Assembly (NCBI GenBank): GCA_002633005.1
Contig: NMRA01000419.1
Span: 138,083 to 202,082 of the forward strand
Direction: 5' to 3'
DNA from: Phoronis australis
Lineage: Eukaryota; Animalia; Phoronida
Length of the DNA stretch: 64,000 bases
Below are positions 25,801-37,167 of the stretch, piece after piece. Under the pieces are notes generated by a model. The model did no database searches, had not been told where the DNA came from, and was given only the letters and a program-made list of their open reading frames with translations. The stretch's first letter is position 1, and each line of letters opens with the position of its first letter. A program made the position numbers and the translations under genes.

Positions 25801-28800
25801 AACGTTGTGTGAAAACCTTACAAACGTGTGTTTTGAAAGATCAGTATTCAAAACAGTCCCCAAACTCAAAGTCAAACCTTCCTGACGATCCGCCAAGTAC
25901 TGACGGTCGAATCGAATTGGGCGGAGTTCCAAGAAGCTCGCGAAGGATGCTAGTGAGATCACGGATCTTGTCTACAATACATGGCAAGCTTGCATTCTCG
26001 CGAGCTTATTGCGTCTACGGAACCACGCCTGGTTTTTGTTAGCCTTCATCAATGCGTGCAACAGATGAGCCTACACTGTCACGGTAATATTTGTTATTTA
26101 GACACAAGCTTTCTGAACATCAGTGAAAGAGAAGCCGATTTTATGTCTACAATAAAAACCAGTGTCATGCTACGAACGCTGTCCACACAACACGATTTTA
26201 AACAGCCCGTCGTGACTAATGTGTGCCGTGCGTTCGCTCAAAATGACAAGTTCTTACCAATTTTTTTCTCATACGTCGTAACACATATTATTCCCGACAA
26301 TATGAAATACATGTTCAGCGGAGGCCTGCCCTGGCGAACTAGTATTCTGGATGGACCAAATCGTTGGTAGTTTACGACTCGACTCAATTTCTCACGCATA
26401 GCGGGTGGATATGAGGAAAAACACGATATTCGGTCAAGGGCTCGCTGCAACGAAACAAACCGTTGGTGAATATTAAAAAATCTATTACTTATTCTCGCGT
26501 TGCTGGGTACGCCATCTAAATATTTCTAAAACGGTATGATCACATTACTTTAGTTTTGTCGCCACAATATTAAAAGAAGATCTAAGAGAAAACTATGATC
26601 TCTACGCAGATCCGGGAAATTTTACATAATTTATCTTTTGAATGAGCAGTGTTAACCTTGATTTTATTATACAAGCGGAAGCGTGCAAAATCTGAACGAC
26701 GTAGTCGGCGACAATGAACCCTGAATGAATGCGCAAAGTGGAACAGAATTACAAATAATTTCGTCCATAACAAATCTGACCAGTTGCTCCGAACGTTTCG
26801 TTCAAAAATTCTTCAGTGTCCCTTCTTGAATGTTTCTTTTTCTTTTATTTTCACTTAATTACATCCGCAACATCACTGACCGTCGACCTACTTGTTGAAG
26901 CACGTGAACCTCGGGTACCGTCTTGCTCGCAGTTTTAATTCACATTACCCTTCACATATATCTCGCTGGTTCCATACTGACACGCAGGTATATCATTCAG
27001 TAGCACGCGCTTTATTTCTGGTTGGTGTAACTTCGGCAGTCTTTGGTTAGCTTAACAATGAACTGAGCAGAGACCATAGACTCGCTGGTTCCCTGCGTGC
27101 CGCTAGGTGATCGGTAGCCAGCACGCAGGTATCACTTAAATTTCCTCGGGAAATTTTTTACACCGGCTTTTCTGATTGGCAGGTCAAATTCTCAACAGGC
27201 ATCGCTTTACGCAAACAAAGTGGCATGACTGATGGAGCAAGTGTAAATGTGGTCTGCTATTGTACAGACAAATCCCGGTGCTTAAAATTTATGTTCAGGA
27301 AATCTGAATCCCAGAACTGTGGTTGCGCCTTTTCGGAGTGCATCTTTCTACTGTCGATGACTTTTGTTTACGATACTGTCCTGTATTCATACAGTATGAA
27401 CAGCACACCGGTTAAATCGTCCAGATATGTGTTTACTCAGTGTACATGTATGTGCTTCAAGCACGCGGCTATTAAACATTACTGCAGAAACGAAATAGCT
27501 GCTGCTCCGCCATTTGCATGACAAGGCTAAAAATCGTTCATAGTCCGCAATTTTTTCACGTTGTTGTAAATGCGGCTAACCAATGACTGCCGAGGTTACA
27601 CTAACCAACGCTAAAGCGCGTGCTACTGCGTGATACCTGCCTGCTGAGAACTTATCAAGACCAGCGTCAAGCAAAATCTAATCAAAGTATGTTTCACTGG
27701 AAGCATTTCGTAACTTCTTCTAGTACGTTAATAACGACCCTAAAACATGTGAATTATAAAAGTGGCATTACTGAAAACTTACTCAAAAGTTCTGCTGACT
27801 TCTTTAGCGAATATTTTCAGACAGTATCGATGTCGGTTGAAGCGCAAGTGCTCGTTCTTGAAAAATTGACCTATATTCATGTCAAACATGCCAATAGTAG
27901 GTGAAATTAATTGGACTTGACCTAATTATAAAATTGTCCTCCCGTAAATGAAGGCTCGTAAATGATAAGCAACCAATTTCCAATGCCAATTTTTTTCCTA
28001 AATGTTCGCAAAAAACTTTCAAAACTGTTTATTGACTTCGCACATCACCATAGCTTTGTAGAGTTATTTTAGTTTCCACATCTTCATGTTAATCAACGCA
28101 CTATTGTTGAGTTTATGCACGTCTCGTAAATGATTCCAAAAAAAATCCACCGCGCCTCTTGAAAAGCAGTGCCACACAGACATTTTCAGATGAGGCAAAG
28201 GTTTAAAAAAATAATGCCATCGCCGTTTTTTGTGTATTACAAATTACTAATCGCGAATTCCCTAAAATATCTCTTGAAACTTTTTTTACAAAAACACGCC
28301 AATGAGGTCTCGTAAATGATTTGAGATTTGGCTTCACTCAGTCAACATGGTAGTAATTAAAATTTATTTTTTGTTTATAAAAAACGTTGACTTTCTCTTT
28401 AAATATTTCTCGCTGAGTTTCCAAAACGCTATTTTTCCTTTCGATTGGACAAGTTATTATAAGAAAAAAGAGCCTGTTTCTACTTTGTCGTTTTTTCAGC
28501 TTCACACAATTTTATGGAACCCTAGGCTACATGGTGCATTGTGACACCTACCATGTAAACTGTAGCCGGTCATAAGACACAGCACCCACATTAGACATAT
28601 TTTTCTTTATTTTAAACGTCTTTTGACGTTGTTTTATGACTTCGGACATTCTCTGTGGTGAGGTGAACATTGGCTTCAGCATTTGTCATGATTCATTGAG
28701 AATGAATGACTAGCGGGCGTGTGTGCAAAAAATATGGCAAGATATGATGGCTCCCGTCGGTAAAAAAGCAATGGTGCTTTTTGCACTGCCTACGCCTGCA

Positions 28801-31800
28801 ACAACAGTTAATTGAAAATTCGTGACATGCTCTTTTGCTTCCTCAATGATTAAAATAGACAATGTTCACGATTGAAACTGAGGATATTTCTGCGTGAAAC
28901 TGTTGCGAGTCAACCAGTGATGGAGTGGGTGATTTGAACTTAATGTCTTTACCCTTCCCTGCATTTGATCTTTTATACAGAAAATTGTCGTAAATTGCAT
29001 GATTTTGGGAACTACCGTTTAGTTTATTCTGTGCCCATTGATGCTTCTTATTACTTTCATTTCTTTCAGCAGTCTTAATACATTCACATCTAAATGTTTA
29101 CTATATGTTTACTATTACAATGTTTTTACTAATTTCATTATTGTTATATTATCATGTTTTTCTTTTTATCAATACTTTGATATTTATTTGTTATTATCTA
29201 TTTATTTTTATTGATTTATTTTCATTTATCCGCTATTACTTATTTGAATTATTTCTTGTGATCCCATACAGTCAACATCCTGGCTGTCGTTGGTCAATAA
29301 TCTATATTGTATGATCATGATATGGATTTCAGAGCATAATAAATATTAATTGTATGGTTTGGAGACCTACTTGATAATTTGTCATAGAAAGTGGTGAAGG
29401 AAGTGTTCTTTTAAAGGCATTGAGCCCTACATCGGTGAGTACTTCGGTAGAATGTGTATTACCTTGGAAACCCGTTACACTTAGTGACGATGTCGTTTGT
29501 TTAGCTTTTTTTTTGTTTTGACGCGGGTCTTAAAACATCAAGTCAGGAAATAAGGCGTCCTTATGTTATTTACTTTGAAGTTGGCCCTCCGACATAGGCT
29601 GAATATGCCTTTAACTAACTGCTGATAGTTGATTTTAAAAATGTGAATGATTTACGAGAGCTGGAAAGCATCGTAAAAACTACCTTAAATGTACTGCGTA
29701 TTCAATAGACATCTTATCTGTTTTATGGGGGAATACAAGGCAGAATTGCTGGCAGGCAGGAACTCCATCTCTTGGTGGTTTTCAACCCCCTACCCCTCTT
29801 GCCTCCAGTTTCATTCACCACAACCCACCCCAATGCGCTACCCAGTTCAGCTAGCATCGGGCACTGATGCTGGGGGTCCAGTGAATCAGACCCAAATAGC
29901 GACTCCACTATGTTCCCTAAAACTACTGCGTATTTGTGAGTTTTCTACGTTGAATTCTCATGAAAATAAGTAGGGATCTTTTCATGCAACGCCCCTCATT
30001 TAATTCCCTAAATGTTTTGACTGAATTAAGGGCTCAGTTTTTAGTTATATTATTAGAAAACGTCTTAAGTCAAAAGAGGACCTCGTAATAAAGTTAAAAT
30101 GATAGAAAAATATAAAAACTGTGAGTAAAGAACGAAAAAATGCCAAAAAGATTTAGCAACTCAGTTGAGCACAGGCAGATCCAGGGTGGGGGGTCAAAGG
30201 GGCCTGTACTCCTCATTTTCCCTTGATTGTATCAAAGCGAGAGTTTCCAAATAATTGGTGACTTGGGCCACCCTTCTTAAAAAAATCATTTATCCAGCGC
30301 CCCCTTTTTAAAATCCTGGATATGCCCCTGTTGAGTCGATATTTGGTAATTTTTTATGTAAATGGGCACAGATCCCCCCTGCTTGAATCTAGAATGTCTT
30401 AAGATGTGAATTTTCGAAAGATATGGACCCGGGCTTGGATGCCGTAATAGGGCAGTTTTTGAACATTGGCGTAGGAAACATTTGATGGTTTGGGGAGGAG
30501 AGTCTGTTAACTTTTCGATTTTATTTTAAAGCAAAGTTTGTGCGTTGAAAGTTTAAATAATTAATTGATAATTAATTGTTAATTAATTGATACTAACACC
30601 TGGAATATTGGGGGAAGAGGCTATCTCCGTCCCCAACCTTTTGGTTGAGGGGCGCCCCCCGTTTTGCTCTTACCTTTTCTTCAGCAGATTTATTTTATTA
30701 CATCCCTGAACCCCCGGAACAAAATCCTACACCCTCCAATAATCTTCTTTCACCTGCTCACCTCTTATTACTAGTCACCAACTCGCTTATGATGTATTTA
30801 TGGTAATTTACATTACCTTTGCTGCCCAAATTTTTTCTTGATTTACTCTATATTTTGCCTATGTGTATTTTTCCATTACACTGCTTATGTTTTTTTTTGT
30901 TTTCAATGTTTCAAAGAAAGACACTTCACTGACAATTTTGAATTTGGCAAACTAAAATCGGCCTTAGTCAACGCCTTGCGTACTTCGTTAGCGCACAGAC
31001 ACCCGCTAGGTGTCGCCACAGTCCATGGCACAATAACGGCGGCGGCCTAAGTAAATAGGTTTGTTAAGGTCTTTGAACCAAGAAAGATAATGGCGGACCT
31101 GAGTATGAACGATTTTTAGGTGGCCTTGTCATGCAAGTGGCGTAACAGGAAATATTTCGTTTTTCAGCACTGAGTAAAGTTTAATAGCCGCGTGCTCGAA
31201 ACAAGACAATAAACAAACATCTGGCCCATTTAACCGGTGTGTTATTCATACAATGTGAATACTGGACAACAACGTAAACAACTAAAAGACAGCGACAGTA
31301 GAATGCACTCCGAAAAGGAGCCAACCACAATTTCTGGGACTCACATTTCTTAAACATTAACAAAGCACCGGTTTGTGTGAACAACAGACACATTTACACT
31401 TCCTCCATCAGTCTACAGTTTGTTTGCGCTACCTGTTGAAAATTCGACCACTAGGCCTACAGCCATGACTCAGGAACGCCGGTGCAAAAAATCGATCCCG
31501 AGGAAAATTAAATGATACCTGCGTGTGCTCTACCACCTAGCGAAACGCAGAGAACCAGCGAGCACAAATATGTGAAATGAGGAATTATATAAAAAACATA
31601 ATGGTGCACTTACTACAGAAATGTTTAGGATCTGAGTTTTTTAAAAATCACCAAGATTTCACGAAGTCTTCCAAAATGCGTTTTCGTGCCTTTAAATATT
31701 CAGTCGTTTCTCAGTTTCGTGAGTACATTAATGGCGCAAAATTGTTTTTCACCTGTAGAAAACCTACAGTTTTGCAATCACATTTTCCTGCGTCATACGC

Positions 31801-33763
31801 AGAACGGATGCCTGAGTGTTGCAATTCGGTTGTGCTGGGACATGCATTCCTATCATGTACTATCATTTGTTATATCGCCAATTGTCGTATAATACACGGA
31901 GCTCATTAACATGAATTTGTACAAACACCGCAATTTTGACCTCTGAGCTAGTACAGTATGGCAAGTGAATATTTGACTTCGACCACAAACGATCATTGGC
32001 TCAGTTTTGATGAGCAGTTTATTACTTCGAAAAAGAGACTTGAAAAGCGCAAATAGTCTACAATTTGAAATCTTAATACACAACCCACCCGTAGAATACG
32101 GCACTGCTTAGGAGATCTCACTTCCGCTGGCTTCGAGCCCGCCATGCGCTCTCTCTCGGACAGAATGCTCTTCACTCCTGTTCCTGTCCCCTCGTGTTGT
32201 TCCATAAGTTCGGGGTCTATATTGATTCCCAAGCCTAGCTGGGACGCCAACCTCCATAACTTGTGTTTGGAACTTTCCAGTACTCTCAAAATGGCGATGA
32301 GCCGAGAGACAAACCGTTTGAAGCAGTGAGGTGGAAGACGTGGATGATGCGAAGATGTTCCACTGTCTATCGTGTCCACCTTTAGTGAGCTTGCAGTACT
32401 CTGGTAAGTCTGTTTAAAAATAGAGCAGTTCTTAACGTTGCCCAGGGATACAAAGCGGATGGTTCTTAAAGTTGCCCAGGGATACAATATGGACCCAGAA
32501 AGTGCATGGTTGCATCTTTCCTCAACAAACTAGCTAATGGCCAACGTCATCCCTTTTGAACAGAGAAACTTTGCGTAACTAGTGTCCCACTAAAAGCTTG
32601 AAAGTCAAAATCTTCCTTAAACCTTACGACAGCTACACACCTTGTGTAACGGCATCACTTAGCATGCGCGCATCCAGGGGGGCCTTGGAGGCAAAGTGAG
32701 CAAAAAGGTCCGCCTCAGAGAAACAAAAAGTCCGAATAGTAGAAAACGAGACAAAGACAGGAACAACCAAAATTCGGCGAATGCACAATTCATAGCTCTG
32801 TGTTTTAATAAAATGTCCACAATTCCAAAAATTCGAGCCCCCTATATTTTAGGCTGGGTGCGCCTGAACATTTCAATTCTTTACTTTATATCAATATGCC
32901 GGATTAATTTCCACGTGACTACGTGTTTTAGTAAATGAAACTTAGGGAAAAGGCACATTCAAAGCAGGGGCGGATCCAGGACTGTGAGTTGGGGGGGGGG
33001 AGGCAGGGCAAAGTATTAGCCAGGATTTTGCCTGTCAGACATTCGCATCCCCAAACTGCCAAATGGAATCTGGGAAACTTTTAGGGGGGGCATGGCCCCC
33101 TTGGCCCCTCCCCCTTAAATCAGCCACGGCAAAGAAGGAAAACAACGGTGTCGAGAACTTAGAACATTTTTGTTTAACATACACCTAAATCCTCAAGATA
33201 AAATCTCAAAAACGCGGTTATAATTTCCTAAATTACGTTTTCGTTTTGTGCTTTTAAGGGTTCACAACTAAACCACGTCATGGCCAGTTTTGAACCCATT
33301 TCCACTAAGAAAGCACTTTCTGATGGAACAAGGCGAGGACTAACATTTTTCTGTCAAATCAGAACGCGTAACAAAGAACGTGCTGACTACTCACGTCGCT
33401 CAGGGATTCGATCGCATATGTTTTCAACACTTCAGTAACCCGCATTTCAGGACTTTTTTGCCCTTTGCGGTTTTTCAGCAGCAATGTTAAACTCGACTCT
33501 TGGCACGGAATTGTCGGCGGACACTTAAAGGAACCAAACGAAGACTTCTCATAACTAACGCCGAAGAAATTTCTCTGCGGTATCTCTTTGTATGTCACGG
33601 GTTCAAGAACAGGAAACTGCCTGGTCAATGCGACCAACTTGTTGTCCCGCTTTTCAACAACTGCCGTGTGTGACTTAGGAAACTGTCTATTCCAGTTTCT
33701 AATAACCGATTCCCACTCGCTTTCATTTGGAATAATTTCTTTCGTTTTTCTTCTGACTTCCAT
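4502..33763 (-). CDS. CNBD2: Cyclic nucleotide-binding domain protein, CNBD2-like (two cNMP domains), 8-exon model
   Basis: Exons 33395-33763, 32100(or 32122)-32409, 29371-29528, 26258-26444, 23978-24106, 21788-21975, 18050-18293, 4502-4812 join in phase if the 32100 donor is used. Peptides FSSYPPAMREKLSRVV..RILVRQGRPPLNMYFILSG, EVGPGNTIGD, CELFRLSKTDF, YFITEGTC, GKCFCAGED and C-terminal RWRAYKDGLV match the CNBD2-type pattern. Orthology is untested. Confidence 0.75.
5597..5830. mobile_element. MITE family CATGCGCGCA(C/T)C.GG (relatives at 32663-32866 and nested at about 21503-21642)
   Basis: Shared internal sequence (aaaaggtccgc..agagaaacaaaa, tgcacaattcatag, aaaaattcgagcccc, ttttagrctgg) and inverted termini; no clear TSD. 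Confidence 0.6.
7027..8508. mobile_element. Non-autonomous ISL2EU-type (PHIS superfamily) DNA transposon, copy 1
   Basis: TIRs GGACCCAAT(T/A)CACGC, AT TSD at 7025-26 and 8509-10, subterminal inverted AAAnCGAGGCTC; + strand KGYNFFLENY (SWIM/YqaJ-type N-terminus); - strand THAP remnant FTIPKDVEIRKRWVVYIRRDEG. Confidence 0.75.
8865..9117. mobile_element. Palindrome-rich Harbinger-like MITE fragment
   Basis: Repeated AAACCAGGT/ACCTGGTTT/AGACCAGG motifs ending in ACCTTTATGAAATCGGC. Confidence 0.45.
10819..11123. repeat. 39-bp minisatellite, about 8 copies
   Basis: Unit CGACTACATGTATGTACCGCCACTAGTACCATTTAAATA. Confidence 0.9.
13152..14378. mobile_element. Helentron-associated (HINE)-like element
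   Basis: Subterminal IR TGTCAGGGTT/AACCCTGACA followed by a short TGACAA..TTGTCA hairpin. Confidence 0.45.
15170..15610. repeat. Diverged tandem repeat of about 180 bp, about 2.5 copies
   Basis: Recurring ACyAGTTyGyCG..GAGAGTCAAT..CCTGGTC. Confidence 0.7.
15722..17398 (-). mobile_element. Decayed hAT transposase (P52rIPK/ZMYM1-like) with one terminus
   Basis: hAT dimerisation motif IFPNVRELLVIGCLSPIGSCEAER..LRATMSEERLAGLSLM; also YFRRTVGIPFLDNL and PRQSRRQKHRAN; frameshifts and stops; terminus CAGTGCTGGATCTATGGGG at 17398. Confidence 0.85.
18050..18293 (-). CDS. CNBD2-like exon, cNMP domain 2 (VIIGNE...YFITEGTCYIVR...GQIGYGKCFCA)
   Basis: ttgcag acceptor, G|gtaacg donor. Confidence 0.85.
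19579..21050. repeat. Identical 574-bp duplication across an N-gap, each copy ending in 48-bp tandem units
   Basis: 19579-20152 matches 20392-20965; unit TGACCTGAAAACATGCCACGTCGCTTGAATCAAGGAGACAGGTACCTT. Confidence 0.9.
21403..21710. mobile_element. MITE with 5-bp TSD GTCCC, carrying a nested MITE (about 21503-21642)
   Basis: Ends CAGTCGTGGATT...GGATCCGCCCCTG; copies at 32966 and 34841 lack the insert. Confidence 0.75.
21788..21975 (-). CDS. CNBD2-like exon (ETCELFRLSKTDFKKIVKPEIKRQW...KEFEANT)
   Basis: ttccag acceptor, ACG|gtaggt donor; missed by the ORF track. Confidence 0.85.
22640..23375 (-). mobile_element. Kolobok-like element remnant with decayed THAP domain
   Basis: Frameshifted GCCVPGCTN..FPKDDTLRHTWL..PSDYETDMYAGLM..RLENGATPSLF; terminus AGGAGAAGGCAACC abutting TTAA at 23376-79. 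Confidence 0.6.
23978..24106 (-). CDS. CNBD2-like exon, phosphate-binding cassette region (…ITEVGPGNTIGDVPIMKKSTYKSTYSIK)
   Basis: tttcag acceptor, G|gttagt donor, phase 1-1; missed by the ORF track. Confidence 0.8.
25532..25645. mobile_element. Small MITE, TIR CATGGGCGGCGCA, 5-bp TSD GACAT
   Basis: Perfect 13-bp TIRs and TSD. Confidence 0.85.
26258..26444 (-). CDS. CNBD2-like exon, start of cNMP domain 1
   Basis: RALDRISCFSSYPPAMREKLSRVVNYQRFGPSRILVRQGRPPLNMYFILSG; ttgcag acceptor, G|gtaaga donor. Confidence 0.85.
27077..27650 (+). mobile_element. Interspersed repeat of about 570 bp (MITE-like); inverted copy at about 31060-31565 and end fragment at 26960-27060
   Basis: Shared ctcgctggttc..cgctaggtg..cacgcaggtatca..aatttcctcggga and internal colinearity. 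Confidence 0.65.
29371..29528 (-). CDS. CNBD2-like exon 3 (…LSVTGFQGNTHSTEVLTDVGLNAFKRTLPSPLSMTNYQ)
   Basis: Open frame, CAA|gtaggt donor in phase with the next exon; weaker taag acceptor. Confidence 0.5.
30170..30330. mobile_element. MITE, 5-bp TSD TTGAG
   Basis: CACAGGCAGATCCAGG...CCTGGATATGCCCCTG flanked by TTGAG. Confidence 0.7.
32100..32409 (-). CDS. CNBD2-like exon 2 (TYQSTASS...FKRFVSRLIAILRV...)
   Basis: aaacag acceptor, phase 0; the donor is ambiguous (32122 gtgaga phase 0 vs 32100 gtattc phase 1). Confidence 0.6.
32966..33129. mobile_element. MITE, 5-bp TSD CAAAG
   Basis: CAGGGGCGGATCCAGG...AAATCAGCCACGG; same family as 21403 and 34841. Confidence 0.75.
33395..33763 (-). CDS. CNBD2-like first recognisable coding exon
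   Basis: ATG at 33763, acceptor ttacag just upstream (33784), GAC|gtgagt donor; low-conservation N-terminus. Confidence 0.6.
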
Positions 33764-34007
33764 TCTCTTTGTATGACAAGAAACTGTAAGAAAGATGACG
33801 TGTTACTATTAATGACGTTTGTGAAAAAATTAGTACGACTTGCCAGAAAAAAACGCTAGTAAATTCCACGTGTTGTCTATGTCTTGAAATTACCAGTTGC
33901 CGAGACAGTGTTCGTTAAGTACCCAGCCCCGGAAAACTATAAATCCATGTCAGTGGAGATTGACATGCCGCCCCTACGACTGGGTTAACGCGAAACGTCG
34001 CCGTCTT

Positions 34008-34021
34008 GTTCTCCAAGCAAC
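34008..34021. promoter_or_regulatory. RFX X-box-like motif upstream of the CNBD2-like gene
   Basis: GTTGCTTGGAGAAC on the minus strand resembles GTTGCYnnGGNAAC; about 245 bp upstream of the ATG. Confidence 0.45.
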
Positions 34022-34041
34022 ACTCCTCAAAGGGCGAACAT

Positions 34042-35850
34042 AGACTCTATTCACGCGGCGGATATTAAAATCAAAAGCGAGGCTCACTGCGACAAACAAA
34101 GCGGAGATTTACATTGCGTGAGTTAAATAGCCGGTCTTTGGAGTCCAACCTGAATATTAAATCTTAAAAAATGTGTCAATAATTAACCACAGAGACGTAG
34201 AAAAATACAGTTAAAGAACAAGTAAATGCACCAAAGAGTTGTCTGACGAAAGGATATAGGTTTTTTCCGGAAAACTAGGTTCGAAACATGAAAAGTAAAC
34301 ATGACCAAATTGCGGCGATCGTAGTGTTACGGATTAGGTATCATGCTGAATGCAGCGTTACGTTTCTTCTAATAAATTCTTGATAAAAATGCTTTCTACA
34401 CGAACCAGGTCATCTGGTCGTATTGTTGACGAGTTGAAGATATATTTGACAGAGGTGGCTCATAGCATTTTGCTGCCATGTGCAATTAGTCTCATCTGGT
34501 TTAATTTGTTGATCAAGAGTAGGCCTATTAGCTTCAAGCATAACCTAGGTCCTGGTGAGGTAGGCACCACCGGGACTAACAGTTGATTTGTCATTGATCT
34601 GAAATAATACTTGATGTTATTAAATATATATTTTGATTACGATAAAAAACTAGGCTCGCAATTGAAAATAAAAAGTATATGACCATTAATTCTGTTTTCT
34701 TGGTTTTAACAATTACGTCTATTTCATGTGTTATATTTTTCAAATATCAATCTCGACCAAGTTGAAATTAAAACACCTAATTCTTTCGTCCAAAGCATAA
34801 CCTCGTTTTAGAGCTCAATTTCAGTTAACTGGACAGAACACAGTGGCGGATTAAGAGGGGAGCCAAGGGGCTATGCCCCATCCCCCCCCCTAAAATTCTC
34901 CCAGATTCCATTTGGCAGTTCAGGAGCGCGAATTTCTGACGGGCAAAATCCTGGCTAATACTCTGCCTTNNNNNNNNNNNNNNNNNNNNNNNNNNNNNNN
35001 NNNNNNNNNNNNNNNNNNNNNNNNNNNNNNNNNNNNNNNNNNNNNNNNNNNNNNNNNNNNNNNNNNNNNNNNNNNNNNNNNNNNNNNNNNNNNNNNNNNN
35101 NNNNNNNNNNNNNNNNNNNNNNNNNNNNNNNNNNNNNNNNNNNNNNNNNNNNNNNNNNNNNNNNNNNNNNNNNNNNNNNNNNNNNNNNNNNNNNNNNNNN
35201 NNNNNNNNNNNNNNNNNNNNNNNNNNNNNNNNNNNNNNNNNNNNNNNNNNNNNNNNNNNNNNNNNNNNNNNNNNNNNNNNNNNNNNNNNNNNNNNNNNNN
35301 NNNNNNNNNNNNNNNNNNNNNNNNNNNNNNNNNNNNNNNNNNNNNNNNNNNCTATATGATTTTGTACTTTTTCAAATTGTCACCTCTGTGGTCACAGGTG
35401 ATTTCAACTGTTGGAGAGAAATTTTCAATCACAAAGGGGATTTTTAGGCCTCGTGGCCGGGAATTTCGCGTGATTTTTCAATATTTTGAGAGGGGAATAG
35501 GGCCGATATTTGGCCCCAAAATTGAGAAAGAAAATTGTAAAGAAAAATGCATCGCGCTTCGACCCATAGTCATGAAAACACAGCCTGGCTGGCCTAAGAT
35601 TCTGCGGTCCTCGTTGCTATGGCGGCATCCAGTCCGACTAGATGCCACAAATTACGATTCGAAAACAGTTATAAATTTTACACGGACATATTTTCCTTCG
35701 TCGCGGCGTATGGCAAGGACCCAACGTTTCCGAATCCAAACGTCCTTAGGGATTGTAAAACAGAGTGTCCGTATTTTTTCTAGCTGTTCGAGCAATGCGA
35801 AGTAGAACTACGCGGATAAGCCACCAGAGCTGTCGGTGTGAATAGGGTCT
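34042..35850. mobile_element. Non-autonomous ISL2EU-type element, copy 2 (with nested MITE and N-gap)
   Basis: Colinear with 7027-8508; TIRs AGAC(T/C)CTATTCAC, AT TSD; THAP remnant FTIPKDVWIRKRWVLAIRRDEG. Confidence 0.75.
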
Positions 35851-36168
35851 ATGGCCGCGTTATCAAGAAGTTGACCTTGCAGCTTTTTGGTGAATTACAA
35901 GTTCACACTAATGCAGGCTGCGCTTATTATGGCAGGACAAAACGGATTCTAAATTAGGCCTATCGCTCAACATTGGACAATATCTACCGTAAGTAGCCAA
36001 GAAGTCAGTGGGTGGCTACGTCCTCAGGGCAGTCAATAAATCTACTTGAACCTTTAAAACAAGTGTTTGCATAGGCTATCCTTATAAATTAGAATTTCCT
36101 TCACTACAGTTTAGCAAAAAAGTTGAGAATCAACACTTAACATCACCAAACTGAAACTTGAAACTTGT

Positions 36169-36174
36169 TTTATT
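36169..36174 (-). other. Candidate polyadenylation signal (AATAAA) of the ABCC gene, implying a 3' UTR of about 2.6 kb
   Basis: tttatt on + strand; T/GT-rich sequence follows on the minus strand; inferred only. Confidence 0.35.
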
Positions 36175-36786
36175 AGATCTAAATACTACTTTTTGACCCA
36201 GTTATGCTACTATACACAAGTACAAAATACGAAAATAAATATAAACATACAAAGCCTTTGGTACAAATGTAAGTACTGTCCCACGAACTCTTGGTAACAA
36301 GAGATACACATGTACTGTAACCATTATCCCAGGATAAAAGGATAAATTCAAGAGGTACTTTCATTAATGCATGAGTTATTGTTAGTGTTAAGTCTTCATT
36401 AAAATCTAGTGCAATCCTCTATGTCTTATGCATGTATTAAGGCCAAGATTAGCAAGATTGGTTCGTCTAGGGCTCACTCATTTCGAAGGCTGTCACTCAC
36501 TGTTCAAAGAAACAAAGTAAGTTCCGACCCATTTCAGCCCACATCAGATGAAATACTACAACTCAAAAAATGCGTCATCAGGCATCAATTTTCAAAGAAA
36601 ACACTGAGCAGGACCAATCATGCAATTTTCTTTGGCCTAGTCATGACTTAAAACGAGGCTTCATTGGGTAAATGCAAGAGAGTCACTAAGAAAGCTAATT
36701 TGATCACATGCTTCCATTATGAATGACTAGCATTACCAGAAGAGTTTATAAATTGCTAGGATCTACGGAATGCAGTCCTGGACCTG

Positions 36787-37167
36787 GGGTCTAAATTTTT
36801 TACTTCAGTTCAAACAGGAATGCTTTTGACATATATTCTCCTTGTGTCCAAACTCACGATAATTGTCTATTGTTCTATGCTCCAGTAAATAATGGCATAA
36901 AATTATTTTATAATCCTGACCTTAATGACCCCATCATTGAGGCTAAAGGTTTGAGTCTGAACTTGAAATTTTGAGTTTTTACTCGAAATCTTGGGCTTTT
37001 ACTGGAGCATTTAGTTTGAATGTAGGAGTCATGAGATGTGAACTTGGATTAGAAACTCAACCACATAAACCATTACATATTTGAGTACAGAAGTATAATA
37101 TACACTTCTCTTCAGTTTGCACACAAGAATAAATCAGAGTTCAATTTCGAGTACAAAGATTAGACCC
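36787..37167. mobile_element. Harbinger/PHIS-type MITE in the putative ABCC 3' UTR
   Basis: TIRs GGGTCTAA...TTAGACCC, CWG flanks; homologous to 1527-1925. Confidence 0.65.

Noticed and set aside
26657-26720. AG...GT-bounded 64-nt segment as an extra CNBD exon
   Set aside because: It has a stop in phase 0 and would break the frame between the flanking phase-0 junctions.
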